Source of the DNA: a virus
IMG/VR virus record: IMGVR_UViG_3300038316_000118
Location: 430 to 64,429 of that record
Strand: one strand, 5' to 3'
Length of the DNA stretch: 64,000 bases
Positions 36,849 through 47,289 of this stretch are shown in pieces. The stretch's first letter is position 1. The number at the start of each line of letters is the position of its first letter. A program made the position numbers and the translations under genes. The notes under the pieces were generated by a model. That model worked only from the letters and a program-made list of their open reading frames with translations, searched no databases and was not told where the DNA came from.

Positions 36849-39800
36849 ATGGCCAAGCAGTTTAAAGACCCTTTTGCAAGTATTAGGGCTACCCAAGAAA
36901 AGGAACTTAAAAAAATACAGGAGAAGAAGCAGGCCAAACCATCCAAGACTGCTTCTTTAGATTTTACGGATAATATTTATCAACAAAAAAGGGTAAGTAC
37001 CCTTGTACCTTTAAAACAGTCTGCGGTCGCAGCCAGAAAAGCGGAGTTAGCCAAAACAAATCCGGCGGCTTTGTACTCGCCTGAAATGGCAAAGTATGCA
37101 AATACGTCCCAATCCGCTTCCCCTCTCAAAAGACTACCTGCTGCCGGCGGGATAGGTTTGTTCGAGGGAACCATGGATTTAGCGGACAAAATGAACACCC
37201 TGAATTATTTGCCGCAAGCTCCGCTGTCTACCGAACAGACTGAAAGCATAAAGAAAAAGGGGTTCTTACGGGATACCCCAACAGAGGAAATAGTCAAGAA
37301 ATCATTCAAGGCTAGTAAGCCTGCCGGTGCCTATTCAAAGCAGGTTGATACTCTGCCATACGATGATGCCGCACTGGAAGGATTAAAGAAAGGTGCTGGA
37401 TTGCAGGGTACCCTTGCCGAAAATATCCTGTATGGCATCGGCAAAGAAACGCCGGCTATTATCGCGTCTTACGGCACTGTCGGCGCGGCCACTAAAATAC
37501 CTGCTATCGGAAAAGCCTTGATGGGCGCCGGCAAATGGACTGAAACGGGCAGACGCGGGGTAGCGGCCGGGGCATTATATACCCCGATCGCTAACGAAAA
37601 CCCAGAGGCTAAGGATTATTTGGAGAATATGGCATTGTTCGGCCTTGGTGATGTAGCTTTCATGGGAGCGGCTCACGGTTTGGGCAAAGGAGTGGATCTG
37701 TTAAAAGGTATACCCAAGCGCAAAGCCAATGCCTTGATGCCGGAAGAAAGCCCTGAAACGGTATTGGATGATTTGCTGGGGAGCGAACCGTCAAATACTG
37801 CAAAACCGGAAGCAATAGACGGCGAATACTCAATGACGTTCAACAGAAAGCCTTTAGCCTTGCAAGGGGGAGTAACGCCAGAGCCGCAAAGCAATATTCC
37901 TAACTGGGAGTATTGGAAACCACCAAGGATGCAGGCTAACGAGCAATTGGCCTTACCCTCTGGTGGAGAACAGTTATCGCTTCCTGCGGGGGTGAATTGG
38001 GAGCGCGGTACCGGTTTCCCGAAAGAAGGACACTGGTTTGTTGACCAGTACGGCGTAACTCGTAGTGAGCCTGGAACTCCATTGGCCTTAGCTGAGGGCA
38101 GAACCGGACAGGGAAGCAGATTCATAAGGCAGGACGAAAGCGTTATTCCCCGCTCCGACATTGGCGATCCGGAGTATCTGGCTGGACTTGAAAAGCAATA
38201 CGGCGACATGATAAATGCCGAAGTAGCCAATATGAAGAGCGAACTGGGCGGAGTGGAAAACGTACCCGGCAGAAACATTAGGGTATCCGCTAACCCTGCA
38301 TGGTACCGGGAATTTTGGCAGAAGCATTTACGCGCTCCCCGGGAAGGCGAATACCGGGACTTAGCCATCAATAATCTTATGGAAGGCAATGTCGAGACAG
38401 GGGAGCCGGCTTCCGAAGAGTTTTTGTCCGTCCTTTCTGAACTGTCCCGAGGGCAAAGATTGCCGGAGGAGTGGCATGGGTTACAGAAGGGTATTAGGGA
38501 CACAGCAGCCATAAACGAACCTGAATTAGAACCCCTTGTCGCCGATATGCGAGCAGAACGGGCAAAAGTAGAACCTTTTGGCCTTACCCGTGACATGGGC
38601 AGGCTAAACGAGGCTGAAAATGTTTACCGGGGCAGGATGGAGGATAAGGCTGACTTTGGGCGGTATGAGAAGGTGAGGTTTAAGCGGGACGATGTTGAAA
38701 CCGGAGTCGGCAAGGAAAGCCCGAATTACACCAAAGCTATTCGCGAGTTTGGGACAACCAACGATTTTAATGAGGCTGGCTATTTAACTCCTAATGGCAA
38801 ACTGCTTGATTTTAGCGGTAAGCGCCAAGGCGGCCCCCGTGGTACTCGCTCAATGGACCATAGGGAAATTTACAGCATATATGATGAAAACTTCGATAGC
38901 TATAGCGATGCCATGATTGAGTTTATGAACGAGGGCAATATCAGGATGCAAAGTTATGGGTTTGAAATATCAAGCCCGCCAACAAGAGAACAAGAACGAG
39001 CATTAACCAGCTTCATAAATAAAAACAAGGGTGAAGTTGTGGTTGATTTAAACAAGGTTGGTAATGCTGCCGGGACGCCTATTGGCGTTGAATATCCTGA
39101 GGGAACCAAGGCCAGCAAAATCATATCCGATATTCGCAGATTTTATGAAAATGGCGAAGAACCGCAAGTATCTGAAGTAACTAAATTCAGATTTAAGCGT
39201 GGTGAGGACTTCGCCCCCGCCTTCTATTCTCAACTGCAACGCGTCATTGAACAGAAGATGCCGAACCGTGCTACTCCGGAACAGATTAAGGGTATTGTCG
39301 GCAAGGGCGCAGTCAAGGAAGAAGAATTGAAATGGTCCGGCTTGGATGATTTTCTGGAAGAGAGACAGGGGCGGAAGGTGACTAAGCAAGAAGTTCTTAA
39401 CTTCATACAGGCCAATGATGTGCAGGTTCAAGAAATATCGCCGAATAAAGCGAAATATGACCAGTATCAACTGCCTGGTGGCGAAAACTACCGGGAGTTG
39501 CTGTTTATAATGCCGGAAAGTATCAACCCGCGAATTAAACAATTGCAACAGGAAATGAGCGCCATCACCGACGGTCCTATGCAAGAAGGCAGGGACTTAA
39601 CACCAGAAGAAAACCAAGCTTTGCAAAAACTAAGGGCAGAATACCGCAGTATTTCCGAACAACAACCAAAAAGAGAGAAGTACCAGTCCGGGCACTGGTC
39701 GGAACCAAACGTCCTGTCCCACGTCCGCTTCAATGACCGCACCGGCCCTAACGGTGAGAAGGTACTGCATATTGAGGAGATTCAGAGCGATTGGCACCAG

Positions 39801-42800
39801 GAAGGAAGAAAGAAGGGGTATAAGAGAAGCGTCCCTGCTGAATTGCAAAAACGGTATGATGCGGCCAGGATTAAAAAAAATGAGGAACAAACCAAATATT
39901 ATAATTTGAATTTGAGAGAAGATTGGGCTTCTAATGGGCTTATTAAAGAGCAACGGCAAATCATGGTTGAAGCGGAAAAGGCCTTTGAAAAAATTCGGGA
40001 TGAAGAAATGTCTGCATATACATCTGGCGTTCCCGACGCCCCCTTCAAAACTACCTGGCCCGAATTTGTCATGAAGCGTATGATTCGCTATGCCGCTGAG
40101 AATGGTTATGACCGTATAAGCTGGACCACCGGGGCGCAGCAGGCGGAAAGGTATGATCTGAGTAAGCAAATAGATGAGTTGGCGTATTGGAAAGACGCAG
40201 ACGGAGATATAGGAATATCTGCTACAGCTACTAATGGCGGCGAAGTGTTGAGCCAGCAGTATTTTAAGCCGGATGAATTAGAAGGTGCTGTCGGCAAAGA
40301 TATTGCAAAACGCATTTTGAATAACGAGGGCGAAAGCACGTCTACTACCGGATACCAGGAAGGCGAAGGTGTTAAGTTCTTGACTGGTGACGGCCTCAAA
40401 ATTGGCGGCGAGGGTATGTCCGGCTTTTATGATCGCATGATTCCCGCCTGGCTGAACAAGTACGCCAAGAAGTGGGGCGCGAAGGTTGAAGAAACCGAGA
40501 TAGATGCTCTATCCGCGCCTCCAGATGAAATTCCGCGAGAAACATGGGAGGATTACATTAATGAGGATTATCAAGGCCTTTTTGATGCTCAAATTTATGA
40601 CTCTGAACTTCCGAGTGATTTTAAGTGGCTAAAAGATAATTATTTAGACAGCGAAGGCAATCTTGATTTGTTTGAGGATGGGGTAAATGTAGGCGGTGAA
40701 TTCTGGCGCAGAGCCCAAGATATGTTTGAGCCTAACTTTGAAGCGGTTTTAACTGGGGAGAGAACCAAGGCTTTCGTCCATTCTATCCCCATAACCGACT
40801 CTATGCGGGCATCGGTGCTGTACGAGGGGCAGCCGAAGTTCAAACGTGAACTTAACCTCACCCCCGAGCAGCAGCAAGACCTTACGGTATTGAAAGAAAT
40901 AGCTGCGCAGCGCAAACTTGGCCCATTCACCATCAACAAGGTAGAACTGGCCCCAGAGGCTATGGAAAAGCCGGACTTTAAAGCAGCTGGCGATATAGCC
41001 GAAAAGCTGGGCTTAAGACTTGTTACCTATAAGGGCAAAGGGGCTCGAGGCGCGCAGTCTGGCAGAACGCTGTATATCAACGAAGGTATTAAGGACCCTG
41101 TTGATTACGTGTTCTGGCATGAAGTGGGGCACTCTATGGAGAGCACCCACGGCGAGTATTACAACCAGCTCATGAGCGTTGCCCGCGAGCACATTGGCGA
41201 CGTCGAGGGACTGGAAAAGCATTACGGGAAGTTTGGCTATACTACAGAAGATATGCCGCATGAGCTTGCCGCAGATGTATTCGCAGAGGCTTTAAGCACT
41301 CCCGGATTCTTTGGCAGGGTAGCGGAAAAGGCCCCTGAGCTGATTAAGCCTTTGCTTGAAGCCATAGACAACCTCATAACTCGGGTAAAAGGTATGGTGA
41401 GCAAGAACGATACGATAATGCCATATCTAAAGAATCTGGAGACCTTGCGCGAGAGAGTGCGGGATGAAGTGGCAATGCCGTACTTTAGGGACGCTATGCG
41501 GGAAAAGCAGTTTGTCGATACTTTCGGTAAGCAGTGGCAGGAACCGGCGGCGAAGGCAAAGTCTGAAACCAATCCCGACATTCGCTATAAGTTAGGCTCC
41601 GGCGGCAATTCCCCTATAGACGATTTCAAGGCCATGGTACAGTACGGGGTCAAACAGCTTCACAAAGGCAATTTTGAACACTTCGGGAAGCTGATGCAGA
41701 AGCAGTTCCCCGATGTTTTTGAAGGGTACAGCCCGGAAGCGGCTCGCAAGGTATTGAGCAATGTATGGGCTCGTTCCAAGGAACTGAGAGACAACGGGGA
41801 AACGTCCGTAACCTTCCAGGGGCAGAAGATACCGATAAGGCAAGAGGAAATATCGTCTGCTGGTAAAGGCTTCAAAGCTGCTGAGCAGCGCGTAGCCCCT
41901 GAACCGGAAATTGATACCGGCAGGCATATTGTAAGCAAAACTCAGCGCGATCCCATTATCACCAAAGAATCTGCCAAGATGGTTTATACCAAGGCGGTTG
42001 ATGATTTGTATCGCCTGGATGAATTGGATAAGTTTGTGGCTAAAACCACCGGTAAGCATCTGCCGGCAGAGGATAAGGCTTATCTGCTAGCAATCAATAG
42101 CCGGGAATCCACCGGCGCGGCCAGGGCAATCTTAGAGGAAAACTTGGTGGACTCAAAGGGCAACATCGTGGGCCCGTCTTTCAAGGAAGTGCTGAGCAAT
42201 ATTCCCCGGGGGAAAGAGCAGGATTTCAGGGATTACTTGGTGCTGAGAAACTCTATATCATGGATGGAGCAAGGCAAGCAGGTTTACCCCCGGAAATGGG
42301 CTATGACCCCGGAGAAAGCAGAACAGCGGTTGGCGGCCTACGATAAGCAAACGCCTGAATTAAAGCAGGCAGCGGACGAATATGTGAAGTGGCACAGGGA
42401 TATGGCCGAGTCCTGGCTGGTTGATACCGGCATTATTACTCCGGATGCATGGCAGGCTTTCTTAAAGGCTCATCCGTACTATACGCCTTTCCAACGGCAG
42501 ATGAAGCCCATAGAGACTACGCCGGGACAGGGTAAAGCAAGGCGGGGATTCGCCAATCAAACTAACCCTACTAAAAAAGCAGAAGGCTCAGAGCGACCTA
42601 TCATTGACCCGATAGAAAGCACGATAGAGCAGGTAGACCGCTATATTAAAACAGCTAAACGCAATGAGGTAATGCAGGCGGTTGTTCGTAACCTAGAAAA
42701 AGCACCCGAAGAATTAGAGGCATTTGCAGAAGTAATCCCCGAAAAGGGCCTAGATGCTCTGGATAACGTGGATGCTATTCTTGGCAAAGATGGCATTGAT

Positions 42801-44516
42801 GGGGTTATTAATTACCTAGAAGAACCATTCGAGCAGATGATAGCTAGGAAAGGAAAAGCAGAACAGTCATTAGATAAACCCAATATTGTTAGGGCCTTTG
42901 TTAATGGCGAACGGGTACATGTTAAGGTAAACGACCCAGTATTACTTAATGCCTTAACCGCCTTATCTGATACGGGCAGAAATGCCTTTGTGGAGACATT
43001 TAGAACTGCTACTAGACTAATGAAGATATTAACCACTGGCGGTAACCCTATATTCGCGGCAAGAAATATAGCGCGTGACGTACCAATGGCCTATGTGGCA
43101 AGTGAAACTCTCAGCAAGACTCCGATAGTCAGAGAAGCCCAATTTGCTTGGGGGATGGTTGATGCTCTAGCCCGAATACTTACCAATGAAAAATGGCACC
43201 CGGATAAGTTTTATCGCGAATACAAAGCCATGGGCGGCGGTTCACATACTGCTTCGGTAGCCGCAGATCGTAACATACTAGCTGAAAGTAAATCTAAGGT
43301 TATGCCGGGCTATTGGAGACCAGAAAATAACAACCTGCAATCCTATGTTAAAAAAGGTGGCAAGGCTGGTTTTCAAGGCATAGAACGCTTTACCAGTACC
43401 GTTGAAGCATTGCCCCGCTTACCTGAGTATATTCGTACCGTTAAAAAGAGTGGGAATGATTATGCCAGCAAGCTAGAAGGGTTACATGCTTCACAGGACG
43501 TTACAGTAAACTTTAGCAGGCATGGTGACATAAGCAAAGATGCTGATGCTTTTATCCCTTACTTTAATGCAGCAGTACAAGGCATTGAAAAGATAGCCCG
43601 TATGTTTGGTAAAGACCCACTGGGTGCTACTTATCGAGGTATTGCAGCGGTAACCGTACCAACTATATGGCTTTACCTGCTAAATAAAGATAATCCCAAT
43701 TACCATAAGCTCAGCAGCTTCGTAAGGGATAATTACTATTGTATCCCCTGCCAGGATGGTAAGAAGTTTATTAAGGTTGCTAAACCGCGTGAAATAGGAG
43801 TGGTTTTCAGCGATCTGCCGGAACGTACTTTAAGGCAATGGGAAGCGGACGATCCGGAAGGATTTTATCAGTTCAGCGAGGCGTGGGTAAACAACTTCGT
43901 GCCGCCCGTACGGCCCATAGTAATGCCGGCAGCCGATGTTATGCGAAACAAGGATTTTGCCGGGCGTCCTATAGTTCCCGGCTATATGGAGGATTTATCG
44001 CCGGAACTGCAGTATGATGAAAAAACCAGCGCGGCAGCAAAGACTATAGGCGACGCCTTGAAGCTTAGCCCCAAAAAACTTGACTACTTGTTCCGAAGTT
44101 ATTCTGGCGTAATTGGCGAGTTGGGCATCCCGGCCATGGCTCAAGGGCGCGGGCAGAATATCGGCCAGCGGGTAGGGGAAGTGCTAACGCGCACCTTTAC
44201 CGCGGATCCCTTGTACTCCAACGATGTAATGAATAAGTTCTATGAGCAGAAAGAAAAACTGGATACTGCGGCTTCGGACTACGGCGCTACCGGCAATAAG
44301 GGTAAGCAATATGACCCCAGTGAGCAACGTTATTATAATCGGCAAGCACGAAGGATAAGTAATATCCGCAAGGAAATCCGTAATGTTAATGCTGATTCGT
44401 CCCTGTCGTACGCGGAGAAGGAAAAGCGCACTCGAAGAATGCAGGCTAATATGCTGGAAATTGCTCAGAAGGCAGTAGGCGAAAGGTTTTCCCCGAGGGC
44501 AAATATGGCGCGCTAA
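36849..44516 (+). CDS. Large polyvalent (DarB-like) internal virion protein, ~2,555 aa
   Basis: HEVGH zincin motif; C-terminal KPREIG...GRPIVP...QYDEKTS...SPKKLDYL resembles LPD38. Confidence 0.75.
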   Translation: MAKQFKDPFASIRATQEKELKKIQEKKQAKPSKTASLDFTDNIYQQKRVSTLVPLKQSAVAARKAELAKTNPAALYSPEMAKYANTSQSASPLKRLPAAGGIGLFEGTMDLADKMNTLNYLPQAPLSTEQTESIKKKGFLRDTPTEEIVKKSFKASKPAGAYSKQVDTLPYDDAALEGLKKGAGLQGTLAENILYGIGKETPAIIASYGTVGAATKIPAIGKALMGAGKWTETGRRGVAAGALYTPIANENPEAKDYLENMALFGLGDVAFMGAAHGLGKGVDLLKGIPKRKANALMPEESPETVLDDLLGSEPSNTAKPEAIDGEYSMTFNRKPLALQGGVTPEPQSNIPNWEYWKPPRMQANEQLALPSGGEQLSLPAGVNWERGTGFPKEGHWFVDQYGVTRSEPGTPLALAEGRTGQGSRFIRQDESVIPRSDIGDPEYLAGLEKQYGDMINAEVANMKSELGGVENVPGRNIRVSANPAWYREFWQKHLRAPREGEYRDLAINNLMEGNVETGEPASEEFLSVLSELSRGQRLPEEWHGLQKGIRDTAAINEPELEPLVADMRAERAKVEPFGLTRDMGRLNEAENVYRGRMEDKADFGRYEKVRFKRDDVETGVGKESPNYTKAIREFGTTNDFNEAGYLTPNGKLLDFSGKRQGGPRGTRSMDHREIYSIYDENFDSYSDAMIEFMNEGNIRMQSYGFEISSPPTREQERALTSFINKNKGEVVVDLNKVGNAAGTPIGVEYPEGTKASKIISDIRRFYENGEEPQVSEVTKFRFKRGEDFAPAFYSQLQRVIEQKMPNRATPEQIKGIVGKGAVKEEELKWSGLDDFLEERQGRKVTKQEVLNFIQANDVQVQEISPNKAKYDQYQLPGGENYRELLFIMPESINPRIKQLQQEMSAITDGPMQEGRDLTPEENQALQKLRAEYRSISEQQPKREKYQSGHWSEPNVLSHVRFNDRTGPNGEKVLHIEEIQSDWHQEGRKKGYKRSVPAELQKRYDAARIKKNEEQTKYYNLNLREDWASNGLIKEQRQIMVEAEKAFEKIRDEEMSAYTSGVPDAPFKTTWPEFVMKRMIRYAAENGYDRISWTTGAQQAERYDLSKQIDELAYWKDADGDIGISATATNGGEVLSQQYFKPDELEGAVGKDIAKRILNNEGESTSTTGYQEGEGVKFLTGDGLKIGGEGMSGFYDRMIPAWLNKYAKKWGAKVEETEIDALSAPPDEIPRETWEDYINEDYQGLFDAQIYDSELPSDFKWLKDNYLDSEGNLDLFEDGVNVGGEFWRRAQDMFEPNFEAVLTGERTKAFVHSIPITDSMRASVLYEGQPKFKRELNLTPEQQQDLTVLKEIAAQRKLGPFTINKVELAPEAMEKPDFKAAGDIAEKLGLRLVTYKGKGARGAQSGRTLYINEGIKDPVDYVFWHEVGHSMESTHGEYYNQLMSVAREHIGDVEGLEKHYGKFGYTTEDMPHELAADVFAEALSTPGFFGRVAEKAPELIKPLLEAIDNLITRVKGMVSKNDTIMPYLKNLETLRERVRDEVAMPYFRDAMREKQFVDTFGKQWQEPAAKAKSETNPDIRYKLGSGGNSPIDDFKAMVQYGVKQLHKGNFEHFGKLMQKQFPDVFEGYSPEAARKVLSNVWARSKELRDNGETSVTFQGQKIPIRQEEISSAGKGFKAAEQRVAPEPEIDTGRHIVSKTQRDPIITKESAKMVYTKAVDDLYRLDELDKFVAKTTGKHLPAEDKAYLLAINSRESTGAARAILEENLVDSKGNIVGPSFKEVLSNIPRGKEQDFRDYLVLRNSISWMEQGKQVYPRKWAMTPEKAEQRLAAYDKQTPELKQAADEYVKWHRDMAESWLVDTGIITPDAWQAFLKAHPYYTPFQRQMKPIETTPGQGKARRGFANQTNPTKKAEGSERPIIDPIESTIEQVDRYIKTAKRNEVMQAVVRNLEKAPEELEAFAEVIPEKGLDALDNVDAILGKDGIDGVINYLEEPFEQMIARKGKAEQSLDKPNIVRAFVNGERVHVKVNDPVLLNALTALSDTGRNAFVETFRTATRLMKILTTGGNPIFAARNIARDVPMAYVASETLSKTPIVREAQFAWGMVDALARILTNEKWHPDKFYREYKAMGGGSHTASVAADRNILAESKSKVMPGYWRPENNNLQSYVKKGGKAGFQGIERFTSTVEALPRLPEYIRTVKKSGNDYASKLEGLHASQDVTVNFSRHGDISKDADAFIPYFNAAVQGIEKIARMFGKDPLGATYRGIAAVTVPTIWLYLLNKDNPNYHKLSSFVRDNYYCIPCQDGKKFIKVAKPREIGVVFSDLPERTLRQWEADDPEGFYQFSEAWVNNFVPPVRPIVMPAADVMRNKDFAGRPIVPGYMEDLSPELQYDEKTSAAAKTIGDALKLSPKKLDYLFRSYSGVIGELGIPAMAQGRGQNIGQRVGEVLTRTFTADPLYSNDVMNKFYEQKEKLDTAASDYGATGNKGKQYDPSEQRYYNRQARRISNIRKEIRNVNADSSLSYAEKEKRTRRMQANMLEIAQKAVGERFSPRANMAR

Positions 44517-44683
44517 AACAGCTTATCGTATTTGTTTAGTATTGCGAAAATCAGGCAGAAGAGAAAGAAGAGGCCGCCTACAACAAGCATGGTAACGCGG
44601 TAAAATAAGGTGTGTTCGAAGATGTTAAGCAGAACTATCAAGGTTATAAAAATAGCTATTATAATACTTTCTGTTTTCTTCAT
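44513..44683 (-). CDS. Small two-TM membrane protein (56 aa)
   Basis: GAGGTGG RBS, TATAAT just upstream; MKKTESIIIAIFITLIVLL...LFFLFCLIFAIL. Confidence 0.55.
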   Translation of the reverse strand: MKKTESIIIAIFITLIVLLNIFEHTLFYRVTMLVVGGLFFLFCLIFAILNKYDKLF

Positions 44684-44749
44684 GTTTCCACCTCAATATT
44701 ATTATACTGCTTACCAAGGGAAATGAAACGGACAAACAATGTCACCATG

Positions 44750-44776
44750 AGCAGGGGATAAGCCCCTGCTCTTTTT
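44750..44776 (+). terminator. Terminator hairpin
   Basis: AGCAGGGG-ATAAG-CCCCTGCT followed by a T-run. Confidence 0.6.
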
Positions 44777-44940
44777 ATTGCCTAAAGGACGGGACTACCT
44801 GCATTAATATTAAGACGCTGGTTTATCAGCGAGGGTTAGACTACATCAGGAGGATGCTGGATAAAAGCAGTTCAAAAATAGTTCCTATTGGCGGGTAATT
44901 AGACCAGCCTTTTATTTTTAGGATTAATGTTGAGGGGAGC

Positions 44941-45207
44941 GTGGCGTTATTGGTATCTTTTGAGGAAAACACCGAAAAGAGGTTGAACGATCATGGGGAA
45001 AGGATAAGGGCGCTGGAGATTAAGGATGCCACACAAAATGAACAGCTTGCCACACTGTTTAAAAAACTGGATGACTTGTCCAGCGACATACGCGATCTTA
45101 TGGCCCTAATGAAGTCGGTAGCCTGGAAACTTGTAGGCGGGGTAACTAGCCTACTGGCCGTGTTTTTAGGATTCTTTATCTGGTATGTACAGAAATTGGG
45201 TGGTTAA
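44941..45207 (+). CDS. XhlA-like lysis-associated membrane protein
   Basis: Coiled coil plus C-terminal TM helix, upstream of the endolysin. Confidence 0.6.
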   Translation: MALLVSFEENTEKRLNDHGERIRALEIKDATQNEQLATLFKKLDDLSSDIRDLMALMKSVAWKLVGGVTSLLAVFLGFFIWYVQKLGG

Positions 45208-45208
45208 A

Positions 45209-45439
45209 ATGAAGAACAAATTTTCCAAGTTTATTGTAGCGGCGGTAGTCCTCTTAAATACGGGATTTACCGCCGCTGTTTTGTATGTGTTTCTCCGGGT
45301 GGGCAGCGAGCCTACAGCTTTGATTGCGGCTTGGTTCGCATTTACCACTGGCGAGCTCTGGATGCTGGCCGAGATCCGGAAAGCCAAACTGAAAGGAGGC
45401 GAGAATAATGCAGATACACGAAGCGAACCTCCAATTTAA
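45209..45439 (+). CDS. Small holin-like membrane protein
   Basis: Two hydrophobic segments; GSEPTALIAAWFAFTTGELW. Confidence 0.55.
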   Translation: MKNKFSKFIVAAVVLLNTGFTAAVLYVFLRVGSEPTALIAAWFAFTTGELWMLAEIRKAKLKGGENNADTRSEPPI

Positions 45440-46037
45440 CGGAGGATTCAGAACTCGACCATATACCAAGAGGATAGTGGTCCACCATTCAGCAAGCGAC
45501 ATAGATACGACTATCCAGGATATCCACAGATGGCACTTAAACCGGAATTATGCTGGGGTTGGCTATCACTATGCCGTTTATCCTGATGGTTCAATCTGGC
45601 GCGGCCGGCCGGAATGGGCAAGAGGAGCCCATGCTTATCAAGACCCGCAGCATGATGCAAATGTGGATGGCATAGGAATATGCCTTATTGGAAACTTCCA
45701 GACCGAAAAGCCCACCGAGGAGCAGATGGAGAGCTTGGTGTGGCTGATACAGGATATTCATATACGATTCCCGGGAATAGCGGTAATAGGGCATAAGCAT
45801 GTAATGCCTACCGCTTGCCCCGGGGCATTGTTTCCCTGGAAGGAATTATATGCAAGATTGGAGGATGATGAAATGACATATAAAACCTTAAACGATGTAC
45901 CTGATTGGGGTAAGCCCGTTGTGCAGAAGCTGATTAACCGGGGGTCGCTGGCTGGGGACGGCAAGGGTAATATCAATTTGCCCGAGTCTACTCTGAAAAC
46001 GCTGGTCATATTGGACCGGGAAGGAGTGTTGAAATAA
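45408..46037 (+). CDS. Endolysin, N-acetylmuramoyl-L-alanine amidase (Amidase_2)
   Basis: IVVHHSA, GVGYHY, GAH, IGICLIGNF, GHK...TACPG. Confidence 0.9.
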   Translation: MQIHEANLQFNGGFRTRPYTKRIVVHHSASDIDTTIQDIHRWHLNRNYAGVGYHYAVYPDGSIWRGRPEWARGAHAYQDPQHDANVDGIGICLIGNFQTEKPTEEQMESLVWLIQDIHIRFPGIAVIGHKHVMPTACPGALFPWKELYARLEDDEMTYKTLNDVPDWGKPVVQKLINRGSLAGDGKGNINLPESTLKTLVILDREGVLK

Positions 46038-46390
46038 TGGATGATAGAATTGTGAGTCTGGCCTATGATCTGCTGTCCATCTTATTGCCGGTGTTGGCCG
46101 TCATGGCTGCTGAGTGGCTGAGGCGCAAGATAGGTGCGGAACGGCTGCAGCGGATACAGCAGGAGCTGGAGACCAAGCAGGAACTGGCTGCACTGGCTGT
46201 GCGGTTTGTGGAACAGGCCTTTAAGGACCTGCATGGGGAAGATAAGTACAACCAGGCTGCCGATTGGCTGGCGGCCAGGGCGCAGGAAAAAGGGATTGAG
46301 ATAACAACCAGCGAGATTAAGGGACTGGTTGAGGCGGCGTTGAGGGCTTTCAAGGACGAGTTTGGGGAAGGCTGGGCAGCAACAGAATAG
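46037..46390 (+). CDS. Phage holin (LL-H-like)
   Basis: N-terminal TM helix; AVRFVEQ...GEDKYNQA...IKGLVEAAL. Confidence 0.75.
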   Translation: MDDRIVSLAYDLLSILLPVLAVMAAEWLRRKIGAERLQRIQQELETKQELAALAVRFVEQAFKDLHGEDKYNQAADWLAARAQEKGIEITTSEIKGLVEAALRAFKDEFGEGWAATE

Positions 46391-46420
46391 CTTTTAAACA
46401 ACAGAATAGCTTTTTAATTA

Positions 46421-46450
46421 AGGACCAGGCGTAATGCCTGGTCCCTTTTG
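46421..46450. terminator. Terminator between the lysis genes and the moron
   Basis: AGGACCAGGC-GTAAT-GCCTGGTCC-CTTTT. Confidence 0.65.
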
Positions 46451-46485
46451 TGGTTTCTGGGGAAACTATAGCGGATAAATGATTA

Positions 46486-47289
46486 TCAAGTAAATTGATT
46501 ATTAACTGTCTTATTCGGAGCATTGGAATCGTCAACCTTCCCAAGGGATAGCAAATAGTCAATTCCGTCGGATAGTGGCATAGTTTTATGCGCACTTCTA
46601 TTCAATATTTCAATAATTGAATTATAAAGAGGTGCATCTTTTAACTCCACATCATAAATAAAAATAGTTTTATACATATTTTGCATTTCTTCTGCGTTAA
46701 AAGCCCAAGCTTTCGCGCTACTAACTAAATATTGCAAGGCCTTTCCTTCGAAACTAAATAATTTAACAGCATGGTCTCCGATAATATAGTCGTATTTAAT
46801 ATCCTCTTGAAAGGCTCCTTTTATTTTTTGCTTTGTATACGCGATCCCGGATGATCTTAACAGTTGATAAATATATTTTTTTTCTTGTTTTTTATTTAGA
46901 CGCTCATGTTTTTCATAGTCGAATTTAAGATACATTTTCTTTGTATTCTCTATAAAAGCGCCACTATCTTCACAAATGACAGTTTGAACCCTGGAAAATT
47001 TATACTCGTTCACATAATACTTAACAAGCTGTCTCAAATCGAACTTGTTGTTATAATTGAATAGATTTTTGTTCAATTCATGGGACAGACCCTTCAAATA
47101 CTCTTTCATAAAATTAATATTAAGCTCATCATCGAAAGCCTTTACTCTATCCCATTTTTTAATGAAATAAAAACTTGGCTCGTCGCTATCGGCATTATAA
47201 AACAATATCCCTATATTTATGTTTTCCTGCGTAACAAACGAAGGATAATAACTTAAAACGGAAAATTGTACGGTTGGCATTACATTCAT
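46486..47289 (-). CDS. DUF3037-like protein
   Basis: QFSVLSYYPSFVTQENINIGIL N-terminus; sits downstream of a HipA-like kinase. Confidence 0.7.
   Translation of the reverse strand: MNVMPTVQFSVLSYYPSFVTQENINIGILFYNADSDEPSFYFIKKWDRVKAFDDELNINFMKEYLKGLSHELNKNLFNYNNKFDLRQLVKYYVNEYKFSRVQTVICEDSGAFIENTKKMYLKFDYEKHERLNKKQEKKYIYQLLRSSGIAYTKQKIKGAFQEDIKYDYIIGDHAVKLFSFEGKALQYLVSSAKAWAFNAEEMQNMYKTIFIYDVELKDAPLYNSIIEILNRSAHKTMPLSDGIDYLLSLGKVDDSNAPNKTVNNQFT

Noticed and set aside
46380-46414. 16-bp duplication caacagaatagctttt at the holin 3' end
   Set aside because: Real, but most simply a slippage duplication; no element lies between the copies.
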